This document shows, piece after piece, positions 38,746-52,044 of a stretch of 64,000 nucleotides of DNA. This DNA is from Octopus sinensis (taxonomy: Eukaryota). The stretch's first letter is position 1. Each line of letters starts with the position of its first letter. The DNA is taken from assembly GCF_006345805.1 (NCBI RefSeq), contig NC_043004.1:20708001-20772000 (forward strand). Direction: 5' to 3'. The notes beneath the pieces were generated by a model. It had not been told where the DNA came from. It searched no databases and saw nothing but the letters and a program-made list of their open reading frames with translations. The position numbers and the translations under genes are program-made.

Positions 38746-39895
38746 CAAGGGTGAGCTGAAAAGTTGACAGGCTGACTATGAAGAAATGATTCAAGACCTG
38801 TGAAATCTTTCATGCATTAATTTTACTTCTTCTTATTCATAACTACATTGTTTCTTTCAAGGTAAACTGACATCTGACTGTTCAAAGGCCCTAAAAGTAG
38901 CTGGTAGCAACAGCAAATATGACATCATCATCATCACTGTGGCACTGATTCCTAGCCAAGTGTTTTTCCATATTGAGGAACAGATGATAGTCAGATGGGA
39001 CCAAAATAGGTGAACAGAGAGTGTGATCAACCAGTTCAAAGTCACGGTCATGTACAGCAGCCATTGAAAGCAAGGGTTTGTGTGCTGAAGAATTGTCCTG
39101 ATGAAACAAGACATTTTTTTGTCAGTTTCCCTAGGCGTTTGGTCTCAATAGCCTTTTCTAACTATTTCAGCAAGTTGGCATAGTGCTCTCCATTGGTGAT
39201 GTGGCCCTTTTGAAGATAGTCAATAAACACAATACCTTTTGCATCCCTTAAAACTGAAGTCATCAGTTTGCCTGCAAAAAACATGACATTGGTCTTCTTT
39301 GGAGCAGTTGAGGAGAGGTGTTTCCACTGCATGTATTGTTTCCTTGTCTATGGCTCAAAGTAATGAACCCAATACTCATCCTGAGTTTTAAAATGTTCAA
39401 AGAAAGCAACTGAATCTGCCTCAAACAATGTCAGATTTTGTGTTGATGTAATCAGCCTAGAGGGCTGTCTTTCGTGACCTTATGGTGAACTTGATCAATG
39501 TTTTCCTCAGTGGTGGAGTTGCAGGACATTAAGACTTTGGGTCATCTTCAAGACTCTTCCTTCCTCTCCTAAATTCAGCTGCCCTTTTTTTTGCACTGTT
39601 GATAAAGTTAACGTGTCACCCACTAATCTAGCAACCATGTCAGCATGAATGCTCTTTAAATCAGATCCAATTTTCTGCCCATACTTAATAGCACTGTGAT
39701 CCCAAATTTTGTCCATGTTCAAGAGCAGTCACTACTAGTTACTATGGAATTTTTCTTTGAACAGACAGATGTCAGTTTACCTGGAAAGAAACAAAACCGT
39801 TATTAATAAGAGGTGTTGAAATTAATGCTTACAAAATGTCACAGCCCTTGCATCCTTTCTTCATAGTCAGCCAATGCACCTTTCAACCCACTCTC
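38746..39895 (-). mobile_element. Mariner family A, second copy with both TIRs, internally deleted
   Basis: TIRs gggtgagctgaaaagttgacaggctgactatgaagaa / ttcttcatagtcagccaatgcacctttcaacccactc; MFHQDNSSAH..SMAAVHDRDFELVDH..SP.LVPSDYHLF. Confidence 0.92.
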
Positions 39896-40239
39896 AAACC
39901 TAACTTGTTTGTCTAGGGTGTTTTGAAGATATTTGTTTATGAAAGAAATTTATATCTAGTGTATCTGAGTTATCTGTGCAGGAGAGGAACAAATAGTTGT
40001 ATCAACTGCCCAAAAATGTGTTTCACTGGATGTTTCACTGGATCAAGTAGAGAAGAAAGAGAGAGGAAAAAACTCAACAATTGATACAAAACTTTTGTTG
40101 CTGTTTAATCTCAGATGAGCCCATAACAGATTAATCTATGGTAAAAGATATACTAGCCAGGACCTTCCAAGTTGTTTTTCCTTCAGACATAATGTAGTGT
40201 ACTGTGAAGGATATTATCAAATGCATCTTCTTTAGATGG

Positions 40240-40380
40240 TAGGGTGTGGTTTAAAGTGATAGGCGTGGTTTGTGGGAATAGCATGTAGCTTAAATTCATA
40301 GGGTATGGCTTGTGGTAGTAGGGCATGGCTTGAGTCACCAGGGTGTGGTTTTGAGATGATAGAGTATGGCTTTGAGGAAG
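40240..40380. repeat. Degenerate ~20-bp minisatellite
   Basis: Recurring agggtgtggttt / agggtatggctt core. Confidence 0.6.
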
Positions 40381-40565
40381 ATTTGTCTGCTATTTTTAGA
40401 AAGTTGTGTGACCACATAGAATTTTAATTGTTGTTGTTGCTTAACTCCAAATTAACGCTAAAGATACTCCAACTATGACCGTTCAGTTTCTACATACGTA
40501 CAATAATGGATTAGAGATGGTTGCACATTTTTCAAAACTCTTGAACTCTGGGACCAGAGCCTTAC

Positions 40566-40601
40566 TCCTAGATACAGTCTTGCCCAGGAGAGAAAGACAC
40601 T
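40566..40601 (-). CDS. Candidate 36-nt micro-exon
   Basis: ccaggttttatatcag|AGTGTCTTTCTCTCCTGGGCAAGACTGTATCTAGGA|gtaagg; open in phases 0 and 1. Confidence 0.28.
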
Positions 40602-40711
40602 CTGATATAAAACCTGGTCATTTCAGTCCAGTCTGTCACTTGGTACTAATGATAGAGAAATAATTTTGAAATAAAACTGAACAATGACATGTATACATAT
40701 ACATAAATACG

Positions 40712-40870
40712 ATGGGCTTCTTTCAGTTTCCATCTACCAAATCCACTCACAAGGCTTTGGTTGGCCTAAGGCTATAGTAGAAGATGCTTGCCCAAGGTGT
40801 CACACGGTGGGACTGAAACCGGAACCTTGTGGATGGTAAGCTAGCTACTTACCACACAGCCACTCCTGCA
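40712..40870 (-). mobile_element. SINE-B head half
   Basis: gggcttctttcagtttccatctaccaaatccactcac...cagccactcctgcacc. Confidence 0.88.
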
Positions 40871-41058
<188 letters not shown>

Positions 41059-41071
41059 TATATATATATGT

Positions 41072-41081
<10 letters not shown>

Positions 41082-41104
<23 letters not shown>

Positions 41105-41421
41105 GTTTAACGTCCGCTTTCCATGCTAGCATGGGTTGGACGGTTCAACTGGGGTCTGGCAAGCCCGAAGGCTGCACCAGGCCAGTCAGATCTGGCAGTG
41201 TTTCTACAGCTGGATGCCCTTCCTAACTCCAACCACTCCGAGAGTGTAGTGGGTGATTTTATGTGCCACCGACACAGCTGGCACACGGCCACGCTCGGAT
41301 GGTGTTTTTTATGCGCCACCGACACAGGTGCCAGACGAGGCTGGCTGACGGCCACGCTCGGATATGTATATATGTGTAAATATATATATATATGTGTGTG
41401 TATGTGTGTATATATGTGTAA

Positions 41422-41467
<46 letters not shown>

Positions 41468-41892
41468 GTGTGTGTGTGTATATGTATATATCTATTTGTG
41501 TAGATATATATGTATGTATATATATATATATATATATATACATACATATATTTATGTATGTATCATCATCATCATCATCATCGTTTAGCGTCCGTTTTCC
41601 ATGCTAGCATGGGTTGGACGGGTCAACTGGGGTCTGTGAAGCTGGAAGGCTTCGTCAGGACCAGTCAGATCTGGCAGTGTTTCTACGGCTGGATGCCCTT
41701 CCTAACGCCAACCACTCCGCGAGTGTAGTGGGTGTTTTTTACGTGCCACCTGCACAGGTGCCAGACAGAGCTGGCGAACGGCCACAAACGGATGGTGCTT
41801 TTACGTGTCACCGGCACGGGGCCAGGCGATGCTGGCAACGGACACGAACGGATGGTGCTTTTACGTGCCACCAACACGGGGCCAGACAGAGC
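41082..41892 (-). mobile_element. Two RTE-type 3'UTR copies (41082-41365; 41562-41892), each with a (GAT)n tail
   Basis: (cat)n cgtttaacgtccg...ggatgcccttcctaac...ttttacgtgccacc. Confidence 0.9.
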
Positions 41893-41971
41893 TATATATA
41901 TATGTATATATATATATATATATATTGTTATATTTCGGAATGGTCATATTGCCAGTTTAGCCAATTTAAAC

Positions 41972-42046
<75 letters not shown>

Positions 42047-42894
42047 GTGAACTTTCTGGTAGCAAAACAATAAAAAAGAAGAAATAATTATGTTGCATCA
42101 AATTCTAAGGTTTACAGTGTGAAGATCATGTTATTTCATGTTAAAACACTTGATATTACAATTCTAAGATTGTGGTTCCTTTTAACAGCCAATTAGAAAT
42201 GCCTTCAGTTATAATGTCAAGAAAGCTATTTCATTATCTAAATTGCGTTGATTAGAACTGGAAGTTTTATAATAATGTTAAGATGAGAAAGTATGATAGT
42301 ATAATTTGACAACGGAGAGAACAGGAGAAAGAACTGTAACAGGAGATAAATATGATTTACTTGGAGCTCAAAACATAGCTAGTGGAGAAAACAAGTTTAG
42401 AAGAAAAGATAAAAACACAAGAGGGTAATTAAAAGGCTCTAGTTGCTAATTTACATGAGTCAAGATTAAAGAGATAACAGCTAATAGAAAATTAATAAGA
42501 CGACAAGGATTAAATGGTTATTGATTTATAATAAGCATGATGATGATGATGGTGTTGCTGATTGTGATTAGGGAGTGAAAAGAACAAGAGATGTGGAGTT
42601 TGGGGAATAAGAAATTAGAAATAAATTTTCATTCAAAGTTCAAAGAAGAGGTGAGTGATTAATTAATGAGACTTGATTGAAAACATCATAATTTACGCAC
42701 TTTTATATCCATGGTATCACACTAGTGAGTATGTAAGGGGGCGGAGTTATGTATACAGTTGATCATGCAGATATGTATATGCATGTATGTGTGCATGTAT
42801 GTGATTATGTATGTGTATCTCTCTCTCTCTATCACTCTCTCTACATATATATATATATATATCATCATCAACATTTATATATATATATATCATC

Positions 42895-43235
42895 ATCAAC
42901 ATTTAAAGTCCGCCTTCCGTACAGGCATGGGCTGGATGGTTTAACAGGAGCCAGCCAGGTAGAAGTCTACCCCAAGCTACTGTGACTATTTTGGTAGGAT
43001 ATTTAAGGCTGGATGTCCTACTTAACACCAACCACTCTGCAGGGTGGACTGAGTGGTTTTTACATGGCATCAGCAAGACAAGGAGTTTTGAGAGGAGAGG
43101 AGGCATTGGAGGAGGGGATCTTGTGTCAGATAATGAAAAGTCAGTGTGACAGAGAGGCAGAAGCAAGTGTTTTGCTATAGAGGAGGGGGTCACTGGAGAA
43201 GAAGATCTTGTGTCAGATGATGAAAGGATATATAT
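42895..43235 (-). mobile_element. Older RTE-type 3'UTR copy
   Basis: catttaaagtccgccttccg...ggctggatgtcctacttaacacaaccactc. Confidence 0.7.
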
Positions 43236-43297
43236 ACTCATAATTTAAATACCAATGCATGAAACTCTCAGCCTTTGCATCACTCTGTTGCTTCTGC

Positions 43298-43343
<46 letters not shown>

Positions 43344-43349
<6 letters not shown>

Positions 43350-43563
43350 AGAAGGGATGACCACTAAGTGGACATCCAATATGCTAGAAATAGATCACCT
43401 ACGATCTAACCACAAAGAAGAGAATGTTCTCTAGAAAAATTCAGCTTATGTTCTGGTGTTTGCTGAACTTTTCTAGAGAACATTATTTTCTTTGTGGTTA
43501 GATCGTAGGTGATCTATTTCTAGCATATTGGATGTCCACTTAGTGGTCATCCCTTCTTATATG
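43344..43563. repeat. Near-perfect palindrome, 102-bp arms, 16-nt loop
   Basis: Arms 43344-43445 and 43462-43563 differ at 3 positions. Confidence 0.97.
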
Positions 43564-43661
43564 CATGTAATACAATTTTTCTGAATTTTCAGATTTTTCT
43601 ATATGCTAGGCTACTGGTTTTAAATTAATGTTAATTAAACTAATATTCAATTTATCACCCT

Positions 43662-43722
<61 letters not shown>

Positions 43723-43723
43723 C

Positions 43724-43758
<35 letters not shown>

Positions 43759-44565
43759 ATATATATATATATATATACATACATACATATATATATATAT
43801 ACATATATATATACATACATATACATACATATATATGCATACATATATATATATACATACACACACACACACACGTATATATATATATATACATACATAT
43901 ATATATATATATATAATGTATATGTATGTACACACATGCACACACACACACACACAATCACACTTTTTTTGCATATAACATGACATTACTTTCCTCCTAC
44001 TCACATTCTTGGTTACATTTATTTCTAAAAGAATGGGAACTATGTAGGCCTGTGAACAAGGCAACCTCTCTAGTGATGGTACTGTAGCAAGTTGTAAAAG
44101 GTAGTACTATTACGTAATGGTCATGTTGTCCGAACAAGTTTAATTATTAGTTTCCCATTGGTTAAAATTACTACCCATATTTGAATTCTAAATTTTCGTC
44201 TGAGAAATCTTTCATGAAATACAATTCTTAGAATTCAGGTACAAGCAGTTATAAAAATCCTGATTTTTGGTATATTATTCAGTGTCTGTTGGTTGTCACT
44301 CATCTCCATGACACTCACTCCTTTGAGATATTGGCTATTTTTATGTCATGTCTATAACTTAAATCCAACAAGACTTATTTGAATTGTTGTGTAAACTCTA
44401 GCTAGTATAAATTTTGTCATAACTCTCTACAACAAATTGCTTTACTTCTAAATGTACTGTAAATATTAAATGTACATAAATAAACTAATGTAGTAAATAT
44501 TTTCTATTTCTTCACTTTTTTCAACCTGTTAAGGAAATTTATTTCTGCAACTATGAAACTGTTTT

Positions 44566-44848
44566 TGTAGCCGTGAAAATGAACATGAACTTATTTATCT
44601 TCAACATACATGCATGTTCAACATGTCCGTCTTAGTGTCTTGACGTATATTTTTCACTACGGTGTTTATGTAGCTTGAGTTAGAATTTATGTATAGTGAT
44701 AATACTTATAATTAAGTTATAAGTGACGGGTTTATCAATATAGATTCTTACTCAAGAAATAAGATATATTTATTATCTATTCCAAATCGAAACCATATTA
44801 ATAAGATAAAACACTATTATAAAGGTGGTGATCAAATAGGTAACTACA
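44566..44848 (+). mobile_element. Putative 5' LTR of the Gypsy element
   Basis: tgtag...ctaca inverted termini (283 bp); PBS-like gtgctgacctcgtga at about 44862; gag follows. Confidence 0.5.
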
Positions 44849-45164
44849 CCATGTTATAAAAGTGCTGACCTCGTGAAAAATATATAAAATTTTGAATAGA
44901 AAATAGATGACAGTTTCATTACACAAAATTTTATTAACGGAAATATTTGATATTTAAGGTTGAAAGTAAAAAGAACACTAAAGAAATAAACAATAAGAGT
45001 TATAAGAAGTTTAACTGCACTTTTCTTGCAAGCTAAATTTATACTTCATAGCTTTTGAAAGCATTATTTCACTAAGTGAAAAATTTTCTTCATGATAATT
45101 TTAATATATTTGAATGGAAGAAAATATTAAAGAGTTTGAAATGTCTTAATTCGATAGCGGATTT

Positions 45165-46960
45165 ATGCAAGCTTCTATGACAGTTTTGCCTCCTGCTTGG
45201 ATGGGAGATACCATTATCTGGTTTGCTCAATTAGAAGCAAGATTTGCAGCAAACAGAATAACAACGGGGGCACAAAAATCACTACCTCTGAGCAATGAAA
45301 TTAGAGACTTATTAATAGATCCTACCAAATCATTTGTGTATTCTTCCATAAAGGAAGAGATACTAAAGACGACTTCCAACTCCAAGCAAAAAGAATTCGC
45401 TAAGCTGTTCAATAACGAACAACTAGGTAACAGAAAACCTGCTCAGCTTCTTCGTAGAATGAAAGAACTTCTCAGAAATCAACAGATAGAGGAGTCTTAT
45501 CTTAAGAAAGTTTTCTTTGGTAAGTTGCCTCATAGCGCTCAAACTCTATTTTCAGTGATGAAAGAGCAAAACTCTCTCAAACAATTAGCAGATTTGACAG
45601 CTGGTATTTTGGAATTACCATCTAAAGAGTCTGTAAATGCCTTGCCATCCATTTCTTCAGAATTACAGAATTACAGATGAAAGAAACTTATGAAAAACAA
45701 TTTAAATTATTAACAGACAAAATTGAAAGTCTTCAACCTGGAAGAGATAAGCGTTCTCATAATAGAAATAATGCAAGATGGCATAGACGATCAAAAAGTC
45801 CCAAGAGAAACCTTATATGCTGGTACCATTCAAAATTTGGTGACAAATCTTATCGTTGTTTGAAACCATGCTCATTTGATTTTCTGAACAAAAATAGAGT
45901 TCAGGAAACTTCTCAACCACAGATTAGATGCAACGAAATCTGTGGACAACTTCATAAAATGTTGCGTATTCTTCATATTTGACTCAAACTCCAAACCATG
46001 ATTCTTAGTTGATACAGGAGCAGCTTGTTCCATTTGGCCTGCTAAACTTTTGAAAGAGAAACCTGAGCCTGCTTATTTGACACTACAAGTAGTTAATCAG
46101 TCTGATATCCAAACATTTGAAGAAATTAGTTTAACTCTAGATTTACATTTAAGAAGAGAATATAAGTGAGTTTCATTGTAGCAGATTTGCCTTATCCGAT
46201 ACTGGGAGCAGATTTTCTTTCACATTACAATTTACTGGTAGGTGTAAAGAAACAAAAATCAATAGTCACAGTTACTTCATTGAACATTCAAGGCATGAGA
46301 TGCAGGAACACGACAATTAGTCCATTATACTTTATGGCGTCCTTGGACAATTTTTATCGCAGGATTTTGAAGAATTACCCTGAAATTACAAAACCATTAG
46401 CTCTAAATACCAAATGTGTTCATTCAATCACTCATCACATTGTAACCCATGGACCACCAAGTTTTTCCAAACCTTGAAGATTATCTCCAGAGAAATTAAA
46501 GACTGCTAAGGCTGAATTTCGTCACATGTTAGACCTCGGAATAATTCATCCTTCTTGCAGTAACTGGTCAACACCTTTAGTTTTGGTAAAAAAAAGTCTC
46601 ACAAAGTGGCGTCGATGTGGGGATTTTAGACAGCTTAATGTGAAAACACAAGTAGATAAATATTCAATCCTCCACATTTATGATTTTGCAGCTTTGTTGA
46701 GCTTTGTTGTAATATCTTTTCAAAGATAAATTTAGTTAGAGCATACAATCAAATTCCTGCTGAAGAGAAGAATATACCGTGAAACAGCAATTACAACTCC
46801 ATTTGGGCTGTATGAATTCCTTCGTATGCCTTTCGGATTGAGGAATGCAGCAAATACTTTCCAGAGGATCATGGGCAAAGTAACAACAGATTTACCTTTT
46901 GTAGTTGCTTATATAAACGATATTCTCATTGCTAGTCTGTCAGAAGAAGTTCATGAAAAC
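45165..46960 (+). mobile_element. Ty3/Gypsy retrotransposon: degenerate gag, aspartic protease and RT; truncated after the catalytic motif
   Basis: LPPAW...WFAQLEARF...EQLGNRKPAQLLRRM; CWYHSKFGDKSYRCLKPC knuckle; FLVDTGA; WSTPLVLVKK...WRRCGDFRQLN; TPFGLYEFLRMPFGLRNAANTFQR; YIND. Confidence 0.95.
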
Positions 46961-47429
46961 AAATTTTCGAATGACAAAATATGAGCAGTAATTTTAATCA
47001 ATGGGAAACTAACAATTATACTTGTTCGGGCAACATGACCATTATGTCATATTACCACTTTTAACGACTTGCTACAGTACCATGGTAAAATGCATTCAGC
47101 TAACTGAGTAAAGTTACTTAGCTGTCAAGCAGATATAATTTTGGGTAAAGAGAAAGCTTTAATCACATCAGGACATAATATCTTTTCAAGTGGTAGTATT
47201 GCAATAAAATTTGTTCTGTACACTCTGTAAGATTGTTGGCTTTAAAATGAGTATCCAGGTATAAAAATCATAAAAATGGAGCATATTAGCAGAATGAGGT
47301 TCTGTTCTGTTCTCTCTCCCCTCTCAGTTGTCTTAAAATTCCTGCAAAAGAATCATAAATATTGTCTGTTTACCTCTAACTGAGCTATTTACAAGGATTG
47401 TTTTAAGATTAAAAAATAATTAATAGGCT

Positions 47430-47628
47430 CAGAAATAGTTGTGTGGTTAGAAACTTGCTTCCCAACCACATTGTTCTGGGTTCTGTCCATTGTGTGGCCC
47501 CTTGGGCAAGTATCTTCTACTACAACCTCAGGCTGACCAAAGCCTTGTAAATGGATTTGGTAGACAAGCTCAAAAGAAGCCTGTTGTATATAAATATGTG
47601 TGTGTATATGTGTGCATGCCTCTGTGTG

Positions 47629-47668
<40 letters not shown>

Positions 47669-47900
47669 CATGTGAGCATGTGTGTGCACATGCATGCATG
47701 TGTGTGTGTATCTTCATGTCTACGTCTGTCCCCCATCACTGCTTGGTAACTAGTGTTGGTGTGTTTATGTCCCCATAACTTGGCAGTTTGACAAACTTTA
47801 AAAAAATTCTGGGGTTGATTCATTCTACTGAAAATTCTTCAAGATGGTGCCCCAGCATGGCCACAGTCTAATAACTAAAACAAATAAAAGATAAAAGGTA
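47430..47900 (+). mobile_element. Full-length SINE-B with internal (TG)n
   Basis: gttgtgtggttagaaacttgcttcccaaccacattgttctgggttc...cagcatggccacagtc...aaaagataaaagg. Confidence 0.88.
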
Positions 47901-48060
47901 AAAGATCTAGTAATCTAAAGAAGTGTCCTAGTGAATGTAGGATCAGAGTATGAGATCTGGAGGTTCTGACTTCATTTTTTCCCAGTCTTTGAGTTATTCA
48001 TGTTCTCTGACCATCTGACTTCCATAGTATTACAGGTTATTTTCTTGTTTTCTGTTATAG

Positions 48061-48101
48061 AGGGTTATATTGGACCAGATCCAATTGGTGGAAGTTTGCA
48101 T
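48061..48101 (+). CDS. Candidate 41-nt exon (xGYIGPDPIGGSLH)
   Basis: ttattttcttgttttctgttatag|...|gtgagg; strong splice sites; no homolog recognised. Confidence 0.3.
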
Positions 48102-48677
48102 GTGAGGATTATATCAATATCATTCATAATGATATGAATTATGGATGCAAACATCAATAGAATACTAATTCAATGGTTTGGTGCAATTTTTACATCGTTA
48201 GACAGAATGCTTTGTAGAATCTATTCTTGTCAACTGTAACAATAGTGATATCAAATTATCAAACTTTTCCTATCTTAAAATAACATCAATGGCATAAAGA
48301 AGTGAGAATTTCATACATAACTGATGGTTTTCCATATTAACCTGCACTTTGAGAGGAAATTTCCAGTTACAAATCTTCAGTCTCACATGATTCAGAAGCT
48401 TTGCCAACAGATGAAAGCACATGGTTGCATGTACCAGTGAAAGCTAGCAGTGACTTTCACGAGGCAGTGTGCCAAATGATATAGCTGTGTTTACTTTGCA
48501 AGTTGTGAAATTTGTGTTTTTGTGATCACGTGTATGCTGTAGCCTGTGATTTTTGTCATGGATAGGAAGTTGGAACAAAAAGCCAACGTGAAATTTTGCA
48601 TTGAACTTAGGAAGTCTGGTACAGAAACATTGAGCATACTTCAGCAAACTTACAACAACAGGGCAATGGGTTGTATG

Positions 48678-48834
48678 TGTTGTGTCGATGCCCCCAGACA
48701 ATGAAGTAGGCTTGCCCAGTACGTAGATATAGAGGGAGAAGTCTAGACATCAAGGGAACAGTTGAGTAGCTGTAGAGTAGTAGACTAGAACAGAGCAGAG
48801 TTGAGTAGAGGTCATCCGAACGTGTGACATAACA
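48678..48834. mobile_element. 157-bp solo LTR
   Basis: TGTTGTG...CATAACA termini; 5-bp TSD gtatg at 48673-48677 and 48835-48839; the mariner reading resumes after removal. Confidence 0.82.
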
Positions 48835-49362
48835 GTATGCAATGTTTCAAGTCGCATGGATGCTTCAAAAGTGGAAGACAATGAGTAATCTGGAAGACCT
48901 GTCACAAGCGCCAGCCATCAAAATGTGAAGAAAACTCATCAGCTTGTGCATGAGGATCATTAGAGGACAATCAATGATGCTTTAAAGCACTTGGGGGAAG
49001 GATATTCAGCAAAAGCAACCAGATCTGTGGAGTACGAAGAATTGGCTACTTCATGATGACAATGCTGTCTGTCACTGAGTTCTCCACACTCATGAGTTTC
49101 TCATCAAAAACAACATGGTTTCACTTCTACAATCACCCTATTCACCAGATTTAGCACCTGCAGACTTCTATATTTTCCCTACAATAAAAATGCTGCTCAA
49201 AGGTTGCCATTTTAACACCATTGTTGAGATCAAGAGTGAATGACAGAAGGTCTTCGACTCACTTACAAAAAATTACTCCCAGGCCAGTTTCCAAAAGTGG
49301 CAGGAATGCAGTGACTGGTGTATTACTGTGCAAGGTAACTATTTCGAAGATGATGATGTTAA

Positions 49363-49579
49363 CCCTTTTGTTACTGTATTTATTTTGAAAAGCTCTGTGT
49401 TTCTTTCAATTACTTTAAATATAACAAAGAATTTAGTAAAATAATTTTGTTATCATTCAGCTAGTGTTAGAAACATAAATTGTGACTAAAGTTTGTTGGA
49501 AGATTTTAATTCAAACCTTATAACAAGACGTTTGTATTCAGAGCCAGAGCTGGTTTCAGCCGGGTTGGTAACGAAAGGG
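49363..49579. mobile_element. piggyBac-type MITE, family 2 (217 bp)
   Basis: TTAA|cccttttgttac ... gtaacgaaaggg|TTAA. Confidence 0.88.
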
Positions 49580-51280
49580 TTAAAACTTAAGTAAATAAGT
49601 CATTTTCTATTAAACATAACTTATCTAAGAGCATTTTTATACCACTTCATATTCATCATCAGAAGTGATTGATAAAATATTTGCAGAATTATAAAATATC
49701 ATGAAGATGCATGGAGACATAAAATATCCTTGAGAAACAAACATCATATTTCATAGGATGATTAAAATGAAATAACATCTGATTTCATTGAGGCCAGGGT
49801 CACTTCTAATGGGTAAATCTATGATTCAGTAATCTGACCATGACCAGTCGTCTTTACAGACTGTATTTGAAACTGTATTATTCAGTATCTCCATTTTGTT
49901 TATGATGCTAACCTGTAGTTGAAATGATTTGTTTTTTTCTAGTAGAGCAAACTGCTATAAAGAGGAGACAGCTGTTGGATTATTTGTGTAAGGTTTTCCA
50001 CAGATTCAATATTTTCAGCTATGTCTTTGGAATTTAAGGGCTTCATTATCGTGTGTGTTGATATTTTTTTGCTGCTGTTTTATCTCTTTGCATTGTTATG
50101 GTGTAGATTTGATGAATGGATGTGTGTACAAATGGTGAAAGATTGAAGATCAGGGAATTGTTAAAATGTATAAAAAATAGCTGCAATATCTCAAGCAAAG
50201 CTTGCTTGTGTGGATTTAGTTACTGATAAGGTTTTATCAAGCCCAAAAGTGTAAACAAATAACTAGACTGTCTGCAAGAATGTGTGTTTGTTTAGCTTTT
50301 ATATTTATTTACAATCACAATGGAAAACATTATATAATATAGAAGTCATTTTATACTACATCAATGTGTGTGTGTGTGTATACATTTGCTTGTATGTGCA
50401 GGTGTATCTGTGTGTGTATGTATACATTTGCTTGTATGTGCAGGTGTATCTGTGTGTGTGTGTTTATGTACATACATGTCTCTGTATATATACATATTTG
50501 AGTTTATCTGAAATCAAGGTATTTTTTCCTGGAAGTGTACAATAAATTTTTTTTTAAATAGTTACACTCACTATCTCTTTCTCATACATACATATATCTG
50601 GTTTTCCTAGCAACATGACCAAGCTTTGGCTGTCATTGCTTCACAGTAAACTGAAATCTTAAAGAGTACATTTCATACTATTAGGAATAAAACTTTTATA
50701 AATCAAAGAAATTATATCTAAAAAGGTAGCAAAACAGTGGAGATGGAAGAAGGTACTGGAAGAAGAATGAGAGATAGAAAAAGAAAGTAAAAGAAGAAAG
50801 AGGATATATGGGAATAGGGAAAATGCAGAAAGGAAAGAAGACAGAAGGGAAGGAAAACAGATAGGAAGGAAGACAGAAAGGAAGGAAAGAAGACAGAAAG
50901 AAAGAGGAAAAAAGATGTGATACAGAAGATGTTATTGGAAAAAAATTTGATAGGAGATTTAAATTAGACAAAAAGAATGTGTCCATTTGGAGCATGAAGA
51001 AAAATGGGGGTGGTGTCTTATTGATATGGAAATTAAAGAATATTTTTAAAAATACTTAAAAGTTGAAAAGAATATTGAGAAAATATCCTTTGAACTTAAC
51101 ACCTGAAATAATATTAGGGAAAAATACTAAGAATTGAACCCAGATCCTTGAGATTACACAATAGGTTTAACAAATATATATTTTTTTGTTGATGTAAATT
51201 TTAATAGATGAGAGGTGATAATTAAGAATCTATTATCAGAATTCTTGGCAATTTCTGCCGAGATGAGTGATGAAGTTTAC

Positions 51281-51319
51281 AAATGTGTAAATAAGTAAAT
51301 AGATTAATATTGGAAATGT
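51281..51319 (-). CDS. Candidate 39-nt micro-exon
   Basis: caacttttatcag|ACATTTCC...CACATTT|gtaaac; open in phases 0 and 1. Confidence 0.2.
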
Positions 51320-52044
51320 CTGATAAAAGTTGCTTTTGAAAGGGAGAAAGATATTATCTGAAGAAAGCAGGTAAGTTTTTCATTAAGGAAACAGTTATTA
51401 CAATAGCCTGAAGGAAAAACTAATATTTTGACATAAGAACCTGCAAACCAAACATAATGAAAGGAGTGGAGCATACAAACTTAATACAAGTTGTAGAGAA
51501 TAGACAGTAATTATATCAGAGAACTGACAGTAATTATATTAGTAGAAGTGAGGGTGGAAAGTAATTTAGTATGCTTAGCTTTGTTTGTTAATCATATCTA
51601 TAACAAACTGTTTATTTAGGTTTCGCAAAATAGGTAAGAGATAGCTTAGAGATGTCTGTAGGTTATTAAGTGTATGACTAAGACGAAGGTCTGTCATTAG
51701 CCCTGGGATTCATAAAGCTGGAGCTTTACCTCGTTTCCATGGAATATAAGTGACTGAGATTCCAACAATCACCCCACCTCCAGCTGAACAGAATGCTGGT
51801 CAATCCAGCACAAGTTTAACTTCTCAATTACTGCTGGAACTCATTTACTGCTGAGTGAACTGGAGCAACATGAAAAGAAGTGATCTTTTTTTTCTTGTTG
51901 CTCCTGGACACTGGGCAGACCTGGACCTGGACCAGGAATCAAAACTGTGATTCTAAAAGCAACACTCTTAGCACCAGGCCGCATATGTAGCTAGTGAAAA
52001 ATATGTTTTTAAAATGTACTACATTAATCAAATTTAATATATTG

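Larger units (their letters stand above)
48420..49650 (+). mobile_element. Mariner family C transposase pseudogene, interrupted by a solo LTR and a MITE
   Basis: MDRKLEQKANVKFCIELRKSGTETL (from 48558); NWLLHDDNA..H; SPYSPDLAPADFYIFP..K..LKG.HF; GNYFE end. Confidence 0.92.

Noticed and set aside
47220-47341. Strong minus-strand acceptor (atgattcttttgcag)
   Set aside because: No GT donor before stops appear in all three frames
50378-50460. 42-bp direct tandem duplication
   Set aside because: Ordinary slippage duplication within (TG)-rich sequence
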